Assembly: GCA_964247055.1 (NCBI GenBank)
Contig: OZ176059.1
Span: 1,550,001-1,614,000, forward strand
Direction of reading: 5' to 3'
From: Paragordius varius
Lineage: Eukaryota; Animalia; Nematomorpha
DNA length: 64,000 nucleotides
How positions within the stretch are numbered: the stretch's first letter is position 1; each line of letters begins with the position of its first letter. The position numbers and the translations under genes were made by a program. Shown here piece by piece: positions 49,391-62,700 of this stretch. The notes under the pieces were generated by a model. It was not told the DNA's origin. It worked only from the letters and a program-made list of their open reading frames with translations, and made no database searches.

Positions 49391-51696
49391 TCTATTTATT
49401 TATAAAAATAGAAAAAGGTGGCTTTGTGATCTGTTTCCGAAAAACCGGTAGACCCATTCAAATCCAAATATAGAAAAAATATGATCATTAATGAATGCCC
49501 CGACAATAGCTGCCCTTTTTTAGAATTAGGCCCCCAGTTCGGGCCCATACCGTGTAAAAAATGGGTTTAAGTCCACAGAAATCGTGTCTTTGGGACAATT
49601 TTCCGGAAAACGTGTTGGACCATTCGATTTCAAATATGATTTTTTTCACTTATTTTCGATTGCGCCGAACATAGTCGTCTCGCTTTTTTAACTTAGGCCC
49701 TCTTTTTACCCGCTTGCCCCGTAAAATGCCATTTTATGAAAAAAACTTAGTCCATAAAAATAATTTTTTGAATGTATTTTTTGCGCAGGGTATGAGACCG
49801 TATTATTTAATGAGAATCACAGATATTCCCTGTTGAAAGGCAAATTCAGTCGTGCGTTTATTATATTGGGTGCTGGGTAAGGAAATACCCGTTAAAAACT
49901 GTCCCAGCATATCAAAATCGCTGCCTTTGGGGCCTTAATTTCAGAAAATCTATCAGGCCATATGAGTTAAATAGGTGCTTAAAATATTACCCGTAACAAG
50001 GCAAAAATTTAGGTTGTACGGTTTAAAAAATTCACCACCATAAAATGATTTTTTAGTTTTGAGGCAATATTTCCAAAAAATAATGAGAGCATATGGAATC
50101 AATCATGATTCCAGGTATTCTCCGTAAAAAGGCATAAATTTTAATCAAGCACTTTTTTGTATCAGCCTCTGGGTAGGGAGATACCCGCCTAAAATTGCGC
50201 CATCATATCGTTGCGTTGTTTAGGGTTAATTTTCAGAAAACTTATCAGGCCATATAACTTCTATAAAGGCCTGAAATAATACCTGTAAAAAGGCAAAAAT
50301 GTAAGCCGAGCGGTTTTTTAAATTAGCGGTTAAATAGGCTCTTAACGCCCTAAAAAATGAGCTATCATAAAACTGTTATTTAATTTTGAAGCCATTCTTC
50401 CATAAACTATTAAGAGTAATGGAATGAATGATGATTCCAGGTATTCCCAGGGTAGGGAGATACCCGCCTAAAACTGCGCCACCATATCAGAATTGCGTTG
50501 TTTAGGAGTTAATTTTCAGAAATCAGGCCATATAAATTTTATAAGGGCCTGAAATATTACCCGTAAAAAGACATAAATTTAAGTCGGCGGATTTTTAAAA
50601 TTAGCGCTTAAGGGTCTGGGTAGGGGGCTACCCGCGTAAAAATGCTTCACTCTAACGATACAGCATGCCTATGGAGCCAAATTTCAGAAAACTTATGATT
50701 TATGTGAGTTCAATAAGTACCTAAAATATTTATTCCCCCTTAAAAAACAAATATTTTAGTATAGGTGGTTATATCAATGAGATGCTAAGAAAAGTTTTGC
50801 GCCCTGAAAAATTCGTCGCCATAGAACAATTTTTTGGTTTTGAAGCAATATTTCCAAGAACTTATAGGAACATATTGACATTATAATTCCAGATATTCCG
50901 CATTTAAGGACAAAAATTTTGCCCGACGTTTTCTTATATATGCCTCAGGGTAAGAAACTACCCGCCAAAAACTGCGCCACTAGATAGAAATTGCGTTGTT
51001 TTGGAACTAATCTAAAACATATGCCATATGAGCTCATTTAAATTTCGAAATATTACCCGTAACTAGATAAAAATTAAGGTCAGGCCTTTATTTATTAGCC
51101 GTTAATTTGGGCCCTTTATGCTCTAAGAATACGCCATCATGTAACGATTATTTAGTGTTGAGGTATTTTTTTTAACACATTAGACGCCCTATAAAGGCAA
51201 AAAATTTAACTTAGCACTTTTCCATATAGGCCTATGGTTAGGGGTCTACCTGTTTAAAACTGAGACGCCATATAAAAATGGCGTGGTTTTGGAGCTAATT
51301 TTAAAAAAACTTATACGAGTTTAATGAATTACTGGGGAATTATAATATCACTTCCTTTAAAAGGGGACTACAAATTACTTTTTAGATCTTTTGATCCTAG
51401 CTGTGTTAACACAATTTCAAAAGAAAACTTTTAACCATGATTTCGTAAAACGAAAATCTTAAAATAAATCCAATGATAGTTGGATATTAACTTTAATAAG
51501 AGATAGTTTAAATATGGTCAATTTCGAGTAAACAATATTTGAGCCTATGCAAAATTCCGTACAAAAATAATAAAGACATTCATTTTATTAAATAAGTTTC
51601 TTATTATTTTTTTATCTCCATTATCTCTATTTGCAAATTATTAAAAACAATTATCGGTGAGACTACGTCACAGCGAAGCGTGACAGGGCCAGCTAA
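49391..51696 (+). mobile_element. Non-autonomous Helitron-like element with internal degenerate tandem repeats
   Basis: A|TCTATTTATTTATAAAAAT at the 5' end; 3' hairpin GTCACAGCGAAGCGTGAC (51667-51684) then CTAA|T (CTRR). No TSD, A|T target. GC-richer interior with recurring GGGTAGGGAGATACCCGCCTAAAACTGCGCC units (~49870, 50170, 50450, 50615, 50945, 51235). Confidence 0.65.
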
Positions 51697-51894
51697 TATT
51701 TTATAAATGTGTAGAAATTAAATATAATTTATTAACTCGGCAGATATATATAACTTATACATAATAATCAAAAACTAACAAAATTGATATGCATATGTAT
51801 ACATAATATTAATCTCAATCAAATAATATTAAACTTAACAAATATACTTAGATTACATAAATTCATATGAATTAAATATATCCATTGGAATAGT

Positions 51895-51936
<42 letters not shown>

Positions 51937-52788
51937 AGTTATTATAACTTTAACCTTACATATATTTATATGTTTTATCCAAAAAATGGCAGTTTTTTTG
52001 TATAATAACCAATATTATTTGGAGCTGCTTGTCAAAAAAATTTCATTAATCTCAAATCAAAAATATATCTTTTACTTACGGCAAACTTTAAAAATAACGC
52101 AATTTGAAAATATAAATATATTTTTACATATAAGTATAACAATAACAATTTTTTTATATATAAATACAATTATTCTAGCATATAATGAACTACATTTCAG
52201 TTAAATTAAGGTTGATGGTGATTGGGTCTTTCGCGCATTCATTGTTATGAATGAATACAACACATCCTCATTCGAGGTTATATGTCTAAAAAAAATTTGT
52301 ATAAAAAACCGTTGAGAAAAAGCATTAAATGCTAAATAATAGATATATATATATATAATTTACTATTATAATATATGAAAAAGTGTAAATTAAATAGTTT
52401 ATATTAGATAGTATCAGACGTATCAAAATGGTTTAGAAAAATAGCTGTAAACCACTACTCATATTTTAAGGGTTGTAAAAGTTTGATAGGTAGCTTATTT
52501 TACATGGTAAGTTATGTGCCGGTCCTTATTTTAATTGTACTAAATAAAAGTGGTATAACAAAATAAAAAATGTTAATTAACTGTGCCCCGCCCCCCTCCC
52601 CCCTTCTTTTTTAAAAAATCTGTGTTTGAGAGACCGATATAATATTGATAAAAAATTAACCACCTTGTTTTAAACTCTGATCATTTATTGCTCTTTGATT
52701 GTCATTTTTTGAATATTTTGATTTTAACCATTAAATCAATTAGAATTGAAATTATCGATGGCTAAGCATTTTTTATGGTATATAAAAA

Positions 52789-55700
52789 TCATTTTATATC
52801 ATCGCATTCATCAGTTTGAGTGGCATCTTCTAAGACCAAATTTTCGTATTCATTAGCAACGTATTCGTCCCATTTACTAAGTAACTGGCATTCATTATAT
52901 TCCGACATAGATTTCTGCGCATAACGTTAAAGCAATAAAAATATAAAATGATGTATTTTGTATTTAAGTTGATTATATTTTATGGAAAAATTAAGAAAAA
53001 ATGGGATTTTCACGAATGGTTCTGCTAGATTTATACAATTTTTTATTATAAATTTTAAATATAATATATTTGTAATACAGTAAAAATCGAAAGTCACGGA
53101 AAGGTATATAAAAATATTTGTTTTTTCAAAAGACAACCATATTTTAAACCTTACTTTTTCCTATATAAACTATTATTTACATTTGTAAAATAGAATTAAT
53201 TGTATTACTAATATATATTTATTTAAAAACTTAAGATTTAAAAAATATGGTTATCGTTTGAAGTGTATTCCATATATTTTTACAGCCGTATAATTTCAAT
53301 TTTTACTTAATTTTTCATATGAAAGGGTTTAAAAAACTTTAAAATTTACTCAATAAAAAATACTAAATTAAAATGTAAAAATTTGATATGTTCTATTTGT
53401 AGACACAGGTATATAAAATGATTGGATACAATATTTTATTTAATTCCGCGATTCAACAACTGTGAGATTATAACCGGGGGTGTAACCTAAATTGTTTTTA
53501 ATTTATCGTCCAAGTATTTTTTGTAACTAAAAAAAGTTTTGAAACAAAATATTCCAGTTTACAAAGAAGTATTTGTCAAAATAAGTTAAATCCAATACTC
53601 TTATTTTGACAGAATGGTACTAATTTTGGTTTCATTTTTATAATTCACACATACCTCAGTTTGGTTGGTGAGATAATATAATAAAAAATAAACCTATTAG
53701 CGCATACATTTTATGTATTCACCCATTCCAAAAAATCAAAAAAATATCAAGTTTTTTTGTTAAATAAAACACATTAAATAAGGTTAAATATTGTGTTAAA
53801 AATTCAAAAAAATCAAAAAATGTTGTACTACCAAAACACACCCATGTTTTAATTTCCGAATAGGTTTTAAGAAAAATATTTGTGGCTCCGGTTCCACCTC
53901 CCGTAATTAGAAACAATTTTCCACATATTTTCTTGCCTGCAATTGGCTAAGCCTGATTTGCTCATTTTTTTAACAAGCTATCCAACCATTTTATAAGATA
54001 ATATACAGTATGAGTAAGTATACATTGTTAGAAAGTTTTGAATTATTGCCAAATATACCATTTACAATACAAATTCCCCCTTAAACAACTCAAATTCACC
54101 CTTGAAAAGTTCAAATTCACCCTCAAATAAATTATATGTTTTTTAAGATTAAAAATTACCTGTCACAAAGATATATTTCATATTAATAATGAGTTAATTA
54201 GTTCGAAAACACATAAATTATTTTTAGGGTGAATTTGAATTGTTCGAGGGTGAGTTTGAATTGTTAAAGGGAAATTTAAACTATAAAAGGTATAGTAAAT
54301 ACTACAAAGGGCAGTTTTATTGGCTTATAATAGTATAAAGTGAAAAAATAACTATAAGCCAATAATACTGCCCTCTTTGTTGTATTTACTATTTGGCAAT
54401 AATTAATAACTTTGTAGCAATGTATACTACTTACTCATACATACTGTAATGTAAAAAAGTGCTCTACATATCTAAAAAATTATTCCTACCTTTAATGGTG
54501 CAAATGATTCCTTCTGTTCAAATTCCAAATATTTGTCAACGTTGAAAAACGTGTCAAAAAATGTGCTGGACATTTTGCTTCGTTTCAAATCGGTTAGGGT
54601 TATGAATGGAAAGTTTGTTGGCATAACTATATCTAACATCTAAACAAGAATGATTAAAGTTAATATTGCCGTTAAAATAAATTCTAATGTTAGAGGATTA
54701 TTTTTTCTTTTGGTGTGTTTGGGTAAATACCCAAAGTTAAAATCAAAATAGAAACAGTTTAACACCTTTTACAGTAAAAGTTACGGATAAAACGTAAAAA
54801 TATAAAGACAAATATTTTTTCAAAAGACGGCTGTACTTTTTTAAACCGGATTTTTTTAAATAAATTGAAAATAGTGAATAGACATGTAAATATGTAACAC
54901 AATCAATAATATAATTTATGGTTATAATAATTAAAAAAGTAGGATTTTAGAAAAAAAATATTTGTCTTTATATTTTACGTTTTGTCCGTATAATTTCAAT
55001 TTTTACTGTATATATACATATATAACCTGTTTTAAAGTATCATCAAAAGTTAACGGTTCCATGCCTAAACTTTCAAGGCGTTTCATTTGTTCCTCATAAA
55101 AATAATGCAATTCATAAGGTGACAAATGTCCATCACCATCTAAATCCATGCAACGGAACCAATATTCAATGCTAAAATTATAATATATGCTTAATATAAA
55201 ATATAAGAAAAGATTAAAATTATCAATTGATATATAACAATCGTTTATGCTGGATATTTCATACTTTTGGGGTTATAACATTAAAATTTGGAATATTAAG
55301 ATTCACAAAGAGTTAATACGAGTTTAACAAATTTAAATTGTTATTATGATATGAATAATTGGTTTGAAAAATAATGATTTAAGACATATATTTACCTGTT
55401 AGATGTTGTTATATTAATTTTCACGAACAAAAATATGTCCATTTTAAGCTTAATAACACACTAAAATATAATTTTAATAATAAATTACAGTAAAAATAGA
55501 AATTATACGGACAAAACCTAATTTTTTCTAAAAGACAACCATACTTTTAAAATCATGATTAATTTAAATTTAACTCATTGTTTTAAATTTCAAAGTATAA
55601 AATAGAGATGTGTATCGGTAACATAATCAAATTTTAAGCTTAATAACACACTAAAATATAATTTTAATAATAAATTACAGTAAAAATAGAAATTATACGG

Positions 55701-58700
55701 ACAAAACCTAATTTTTTCTAAAAGACAACCATACTTTTAAAATCATGATTAATTTAAATTTAACTCATTGTTTTAAATTTCAAAGTATAAAATAGAGATG
55801 TGTATCGGTAACATAATCAATTATATATTTTAGGCTTGTTATTAAGTATTTACTAGGATTACTTAGGTTTAAAAAACTATGGTTGTTTTTTTGAAAAAAA
55901 TATTTGTCTCTATATTTTTGCGTTTTGTCCGTATAAACTTAATTTTTAAAGTAAATGCTTTTAAGGCAAACCTTGTGGGTTGATTTTTATCCTCTTCTGC
56001 TATAAGAAACCAGACAAATTCCGGATATGACATTTTATTTTCCTTTCGTAGATCAGTTCTATGCATTTAAATTAATTTATACATTTATCAAAACATTTAA
56101 ATTGACTATATCCCATAATTTAAAGAAAGTGAAATAATATAATTATTAGGGGGAAGATAACACTAGACAACAAATTTTAACTTTTTTTAACTGCCATTCA
56201 TGTAAATTTTAAAATTATTTTATTAAAATACATAATTATTATATCTGAAAAGAAAATTGGTCTAGCATGCAAGAATTTTTTTATATTAAAGTTTATCGAT
56301 AATTTTTGGCCCCGATTTAACATTAAACTCAAAATTTCGAAAATCAAACGTTTTAGATATGAAGCCATGTATTTTATATCATTCGAAAGAGCGCAAAAAA
56401 CTGCATCTTTTAAATGGTAATATGTCATTTAAATCAATCGGCTGTAAAAGTTATTTGGATTTAAATGGTCGAAATTTTTAATCCTTAAATAAGTCAAAAA
56501 TTTTACAGATGAACTAATTTGAAAACCATGTAAACTATTTTAATATATTTATTAGGGTTATATTAGTATTTAATTAAAAAAAAATGTTTGAAAAAGCTTT
56601 TGGTTTGCTTTTTTAATAAAAATTAATATTATCGTAAATATTTTACCTAGTGGATCCTAAAATGCATAGTTATAACTGTAAATTTATTAGATAATGGCTA
56701 TAAAAGATCAAAACCTTAAACTTTGTTTTCATCTTTAAAATTTCGAAATTATCAGCCTCGTAAAGAAAATAAATTAATATTGATGAGATGGTAATTTTTA
56801 AAAAACAAAAATACTTAAAAATGGCTGTTTTGAGTGACATAAAAGCAATAAAAAATGTTTTAATCAAAAAAACTTTCTTGTGTTATCTTTTTTGGACATT
56901 CATCACCATCTAAAAAAAGTTTGAGCTATTTTCATTCATTAGTTTTAAAAATATAATAATTAAAAAAAATGCTCTCGCTTCGCGCGTTTGTCGCTCTCCC
57001 TGTCCAATATTAACTGTCGATGTAATACATATTAGTATGCATTTTATAGAGTTTTTATTACTCTTTCGAATGATATATTACAAATGGGCATTACTTGTAT
57101 ATTTTCAAAGAAAAACATTTTGTAGTAAAATTTTGATAAAGAGGGCGCATAATCGAAAAAATCAAATTATACAAAATTCTTCCAACGAGTTATAATTTTT
57201 ATTTCAGATTTACTGTTAAAATGATACTAAATGTCAGAAATTGCAAAAAACTCGAGTGGCAGAAAAATTTGTTGTCCAATGTAATAGTAAATAAAATTTT
57301 AAACCTTGTAACTGCTCCCGAAAATATTCGATCAATTATTCTGGATGATAGGGCTAAATTGCACATAAATTATTAATATATATATAAGTGATAAATTTTT
57401 ATTTTTGGAGTTTAAAAATTTTACCCTCAAACCTTGACCAATCCAAAATATTATTTTATTAATAAAAACGCATTTAAGAAAAAATTACCATAATCCCCAT
57501 GTCGACTCAAGTCCTTTTTATCTATGATAAGATCGTGATCCGTATCTAGTTCCCAGAATTTGCAGTAAATAACGTAGAAATGTTCGTACGAAAAGTAGGA
57601 ATAAAATTTATTTATATCATTCTCGTGTTCTAACCGTTCGATTTCCTAAAAAAGGGTGCAAAAAAATATATTTCTTTTACAGTAAAAATTAATTTATACA
57701 TAGACAATTTTAAAACCTATCACCTCTGATATTTATTTTACAATCCAAGAGGATAAATTATATTTATACTGTCTTTTAGTTTCCACGTTTTATCTGTAAA
57801 ATTTTAATTTTTACTGTATATGTAAAAACAAATATTGTTTATTATATTGTAAAACGATTTCCCATTTAATAACACATTGAATATATAAAATTAAAAAAAG
57901 TTAATTTATATTGAAAAAAAATTAATCTCCTCACTTTGAGCAAATTAGATCTTCGGAGTTCGGGTAAAACTATGTACCCGGTCCAAGACCGGTTGATGGT
58001 GAAAAAAATTCGAGATATAACCTTAAGAATAAACATAAACAAGTATAATATGTTATAGAAAAAAGGGACTACAAAAAATATATTTACAGTATGCATTTTA
58101 ATGGTTGCTTATTTCACACTATAGTTGGGCAATTTGCAATACAGTAGTGTATGGTATAAACAACAAAATGTTGGATTAACAATTATTTCCTTTCTCTTTT
58201 CCATAAACTCCTGTGTTTCAAATTGCCCTACTATAGTTTAAAATAAGCAACAATTAAAATACATATACCATATATAGATTTCTTTTAATAAAATTTAAAG
58301 TCGCAAACAAAAATTATTTATGCATTTACCGTGTCTGTTTGCGCTTTCAAAAATTACCAGTCATTCATTTAACATATGTTAACCACATGAAAGATTCAAT
58401 ATAAATGGCATGAAATTTATATTCACTCGTAAATTTTTTCGTAAAATATTAGAAAATCTCAATTAATTTGTGTGTTGTTAAAATTATTCGCAATATCTGC
58501 CATTCAAAACCCGAATTTAGTTACAAGTTTTTATCTACAACTAATATGCTTCAATAAAGGTGTTAAATGCCTGATAACTATTTAATACAAAGAATTTATT
58601 TGTCATTTAATATATTATATATTAACCGTTTGTATATATCGATCATGGAATTCTGTAACATCTTGCAAAAATTCCAAACCAGGGTGTGTATCTATAATAT

Positions 58701-61700
58701 CCTATTTCATAAGATAAAACGTTTTTTTAAAAAAAAATTAAAAAATTGAAATAAATTTAAAAAACAATAAAATTAGAGCAACCTGTACAAATAATTCTAA
58801 ATCTTCGGGATAAATGCCTTTAGCACCGGGTACCGTGACCATATAATAAAATTGAGAGGCATTATCATAATACTTGGATTTAAACCTGAAAAGTAGCAAA
58901 TAAAAGTATAGAGTATATATATACCATTTGCACTTCAAGAGTGTCCTTTAACACTTCAAGTTGGTCCTTGAACATTTCAAGTTGGTCCTTGAACAGTTCA
59001 AGTTGATCCTTGAACAGTTCAAGTTGATCCTTTGACTTTTTTGTATTGTTTTTAACTTTATCAATCAAATCGTAAATAATTCATGTATTTTATTTTTTTT
59101 AACCTATTTTTATTATTTAACATATAAATCGATATCAACTTTTAATCTTTGAGAAACCACATATCTTTATTAATTTCTTAAATAATTTTGGATATTTATA
59201 AGATTTTAACACGAAATGAAAAAATATATAAGTTGTGTGGGTTATTAATTAAAATTTTTCATTAAAAACAATTAAAAGTCAATAATTTTGTTCAAGTGAA
59301 AAAAAATAGTTGAAACAAAAAAGTGGTTTTTCAATTAAAAATTAATTTTTAATTGAATAAATATATAATAAATATAGAAAATTAAATTAATAAATAATAA
59401 AAAAATTTTAAGGACCAACTTAAAATGTTCAAGGACCAACTTGAAATGTTCAAGGACCAAGAAATGAGCAAGGACCAACTTGAATTGTTCAAGGACCAAC
59501 TTGAACTGTTCAAGGACCAACTTGAAGTGTTCAAGGACACTCTTGAAATGCAAATGGTATAATTCAAAATACCAAAAACAAAGGTTTTACATTTTAAGAG
59601 TTACCAAAATTATAAATTTAAATGCAAACATTTTTTTAATTGCCTACGCTTCTTCATAAATGTAAGAGATATCAATATTATTAGCACAAAACAAATTATT
59701 TATAAGAATAGACGAGAGCTTAAAATGGTAAGACTATGGGGTGCGCGATAATAATATTAAGATGGCCTTAGACAAAATGTTTTTAAAATTTTTTAGGTGT
59801 AATGTTAAAATATTTTACTCAAATCTATTCTAGTTGGGACCAAGTTATAAGTGTAAAATTTAAAATAAATTTATAGCTTTACTTGGTGTAAAAATCGATA
59901 AACATATTAACGGTTATTTCGGATTTTTCTTCAATCGAGTTTGTAATAGTTTTATCTTTTGTATCATTCACAAGAGTAGTATTAATATTATTAAAATTGT
60001 CATTTTCTGAGTCATTTAGAATGGCATTAAATACGATACTTTTCCAATACATGGGCCATTTACATACCTATTAGGCATAAAAATAATTAAAATTTACAGT
60101 TAATTTATGTCAAAACTGATTTTTTTAAAATTGATAATTTTAATTTGTTTAAGGATCCTAATTGCTCGGTAAAATTAAATATTAAGTCCGCTGGAATAGG
60201 AATATAATATTTTAAAAGAAAAATCTGACCTTGCTCAATTTTCGATTAACAGTTGTTTCTTGTTATTTACAAGTTAAAAAACCGGCTAATATATTTGTAT
60301 ATATAAATAAGGGTAAAAACTGAATTTACAAAAATTTTTGTTGAATAATCTCCAATTTTGAATGCGGCCTAAACGGAAGGAATTGGAAGGTTATAATTTC
60401 ATCTAATGAATATTCCCTAAATTTAAATTAATACCATTTTCCCTTCATATACATTTTAGCAAAGGTTTGTAGGCTAATACATATAATTTAAGAATAATTT
60501 GTTGATTAGTGATAACATATATAAAGCTAACATTCCATGGTGAATTATATTTTGTGGTTTACCAGGTTAATGATTGATTTTATCAGATGGATTATATGAA
60601 GGCCCTAAGAAACCCAAAAAATAAGTGTGCAAACACCTAAGAGAAATGGCGAAATGCGTTAAACACTGAATATTTTTTTAATAATTTTCACGTTTAAATT
60701 TTAGGACAAGACCTTCCGCATTTACTTATATTATATAGCTTAAGTGGTATTATTGCTACATATGAGAACATGTTATGGCTAAATAATCATCTGTTTATCG
60801 TATTCTGTTTTTTGCATTTTTTTTCTCATATCAAATTTTATTTTATCTTAAGAAGCAAAAGGGACCTTAAAATTTAAACTATATATTTTATGTGTTAAAT
60901 ATAAAGATAAAAATATACCTTCAACAAAGCCATAAACTCGGGCGATGAATATTCCGATATAACGTTATTTGGTTTTACAGCTTGATAGATGCGTTGTATC
61001 TCTTCTATCGCCTCTTTAAAACAGATACTATACTGTTCAAAATTATTTTGATTAACTGACACTTTCATCTTTATTTTTCGACATGTTTTCTTACCATTTT
61101 CTGTTAGGGATGAAGCATTGGACGCCTCACAGTTTGAATCGTTCTTTTGCATGGTAAAATTATTTGAAAGAGTGTTGGAATGCATCGTTTGTTGATTACC
61201 ATTACTATGTGTAGGCGTGGTAAATTTATGCGAGGTTAAGGAAAAAATATTATCATTGCCATCAATTGGGCGGCCAAATGGAAAATGGAATCGTGGTACC
61301 TCAATAAATTTGATGATTTGATTGCAGGGTGCTTTATCTACTAATGCATTATTTTTGGTGATAATACTGTTATGATTATTTCCGTCATTTACAGGTGAAT
61401 TCAGCGTATAAATATTTTGTGTTTTTTGCGCTAAATTTGAATCTTTTCCAACAATAACCGCAGAAATAAATTGCGTCATAATTGCTCCAGACGACATTTC
61501 CAATAAGTCATAAGGTACGGTAGTTTTGAGTAATGGTTGATTAAGTAGGTTTTGAGATTGCTCAACCATTGGTTTATAATATGAATAAGGTACATCATTA
61601 TCGAAAGATTTTGTCCCTTTAAATTGTGTAGCGGGGTATAGGGTGGACACAATCTAATTTTATACAGTAAAAATGGTAATTATACAGACAAAACGTAAAA

Positions 61701-62120
61701 ATTAAAAACCAAGTATTTTTTTAATACACAACCATATTTTTTAAACTTGATTTGTTTAAATTTCACTCATCGTTTGGGTTTGCGAAATGGGAATCAGAGT
61801 TCTAAATTGTTAATACACTCATTTTTAGTATCTTAAATTGTAATTTTATAGGTTATGTATGAAAATTCAAGGTTCAAAAAATCATGGTTGTCTTTTTAAA
61901 AAAAAAATATTTGTCTTGTATGCAAATTTAGCAAAACTAAAACCAAATATATTTATATATTGATATTAAAATTTCAATAAATATTCGGAATTATATAACA
62001 AAATATATATATTGACACCTTCACTTTTGTAAATTTAAACTTCTGAGCATTTCGAATTTACAGCTTTATTAGAAAATTTCTAGAATTCACCTTTAAAAAT
62101 TTTTCATCACCTTCAATCAT
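52789..62120 (-). CDS. Protein phosphatase 2A regulatory subunit B'' (PR72/PPP2R3 family, EF-hands), ~642 aa
   Basis: Exons 62120-62091 (tentative first), 61653-60919, 60067-59883, 58885-58783, 58701-58627, 58021-57935, 57645-57489, 57353-57305, 56058-55972, 55171-55027, 54639-54490, 52914-52789; phases consistent. Motifs [100 protein letters not shown]. Confidence 0.92.
54006..54446. mobile_element. Family A MITE with a nested family C element (54058-54290)
   Basis: C is inserted at a TA in A (…GCCAAATA|C…GG|TATAGTAAATAC). Confidence 0.85.
54772..55008. mobile_element. MITE family H (TA|CAGTAAAA...TACGGACAAAACG)
   Basis: TIRs and TA flanks. Relatives at ~53078-53306, ~55488-55950, 57680-57816 and ~61665-61930. 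Confidence 0.7.
55441..55820. repeat. Exact 190-bp tandem duplication
   Basis: 55441-55630 equals 55631-55820 by eye. Confidence 0.9.
56161..57281. mobile_element. Family E, complete (~1.12 kb; CACTAGACAACAAATTT...AAATTTGTTGTCCAATG|TA)
   Basis: Terminal inverted repeats; collinear with two other copies in the window. Confidence 0.75.
58087..58266. mobile_element. MITE family B, uninterrupted
   Basis: TA|CAGTATGCATTTTAATGGTTGCTTATTTCACACTATAG...CTATAGTTTAAAATAAGCAAC; right terminus eroded. Confidence 0.7.
58924..59557. mobile_element. MITE family D, complete
   Basis: TA|CCATTTGCACTTCAAGAG...CTCTTGAAATGCAAATGG|TA with 21-bp arrays on both sides. Confidence 0.88.
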
Positions 62121-62700
62121 TGCTACTTACCCTTGGGAAAAATAAATAACCAATTATGATCTATATATTTTTAGCATAGTTTATTTTTCTATCAGATATT
62201 AATTTGTAAATATTATAATTTTTTTGATTTCATATATAAATTGTTAATTTTATGCCTTCAAGTAAATTAAAAAAATACAAATTAAACTTATAACTGAAAA
62301 ATTTAATTTCGTTAGATGCCATTTTCGTCAAAGATGGCAATAAGTAATATAATAACTAAAATTATTAAAGCATTAACTAATTTATATTTTTACAGGTTAT
62401 TAATTGCAAATAAATAAATTTATAACCAAATATCATTTCAAATAAGTATTTATCTTTTTCATCATTTTTTTGTTGAGAACCCGAAATGGATTCTAGCATA
62501 AAATCAATAGTTATATGTATAAAACGTTTACAAACAGTAGGTAGCTAGCTAGCTTATCATTTAAAAACGCTTTTATCTTAATTGGGTTAGATATCACCCA
62601 GGGAGGGGGTATTTATATATATATAAAATAACCCAATTTTCGTTAGACCGTAACACATTAGATTTATTCTAATTTATCAAAAAATTTATTTCATGCAATT

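Noticed and set aside
53719-53960. Minus-strand ORF with [17 protein letters not shown]
   Set aside because: It lies in the last intron of the PP2A B'' gene, whose flanking exons join in frame without it. No recognisable family; possibly a TE scrap.
59400-59557. 21-bp direct-repeat arrays as a CRISPR array
   Set aside because: Units are contiguous without unique spacers, occur as inverted pairs at element ends, and the context is eukaryotic with no cas genes.
59335-59567. Periodic ORFs such as [14 protein letters not shown] and similar ones at 15694, 20424, 22530, 37762, 39273, 58880
   Set aside because: They are translations of the 21-bp subterminal repeats of MITE families C and D, not genes.
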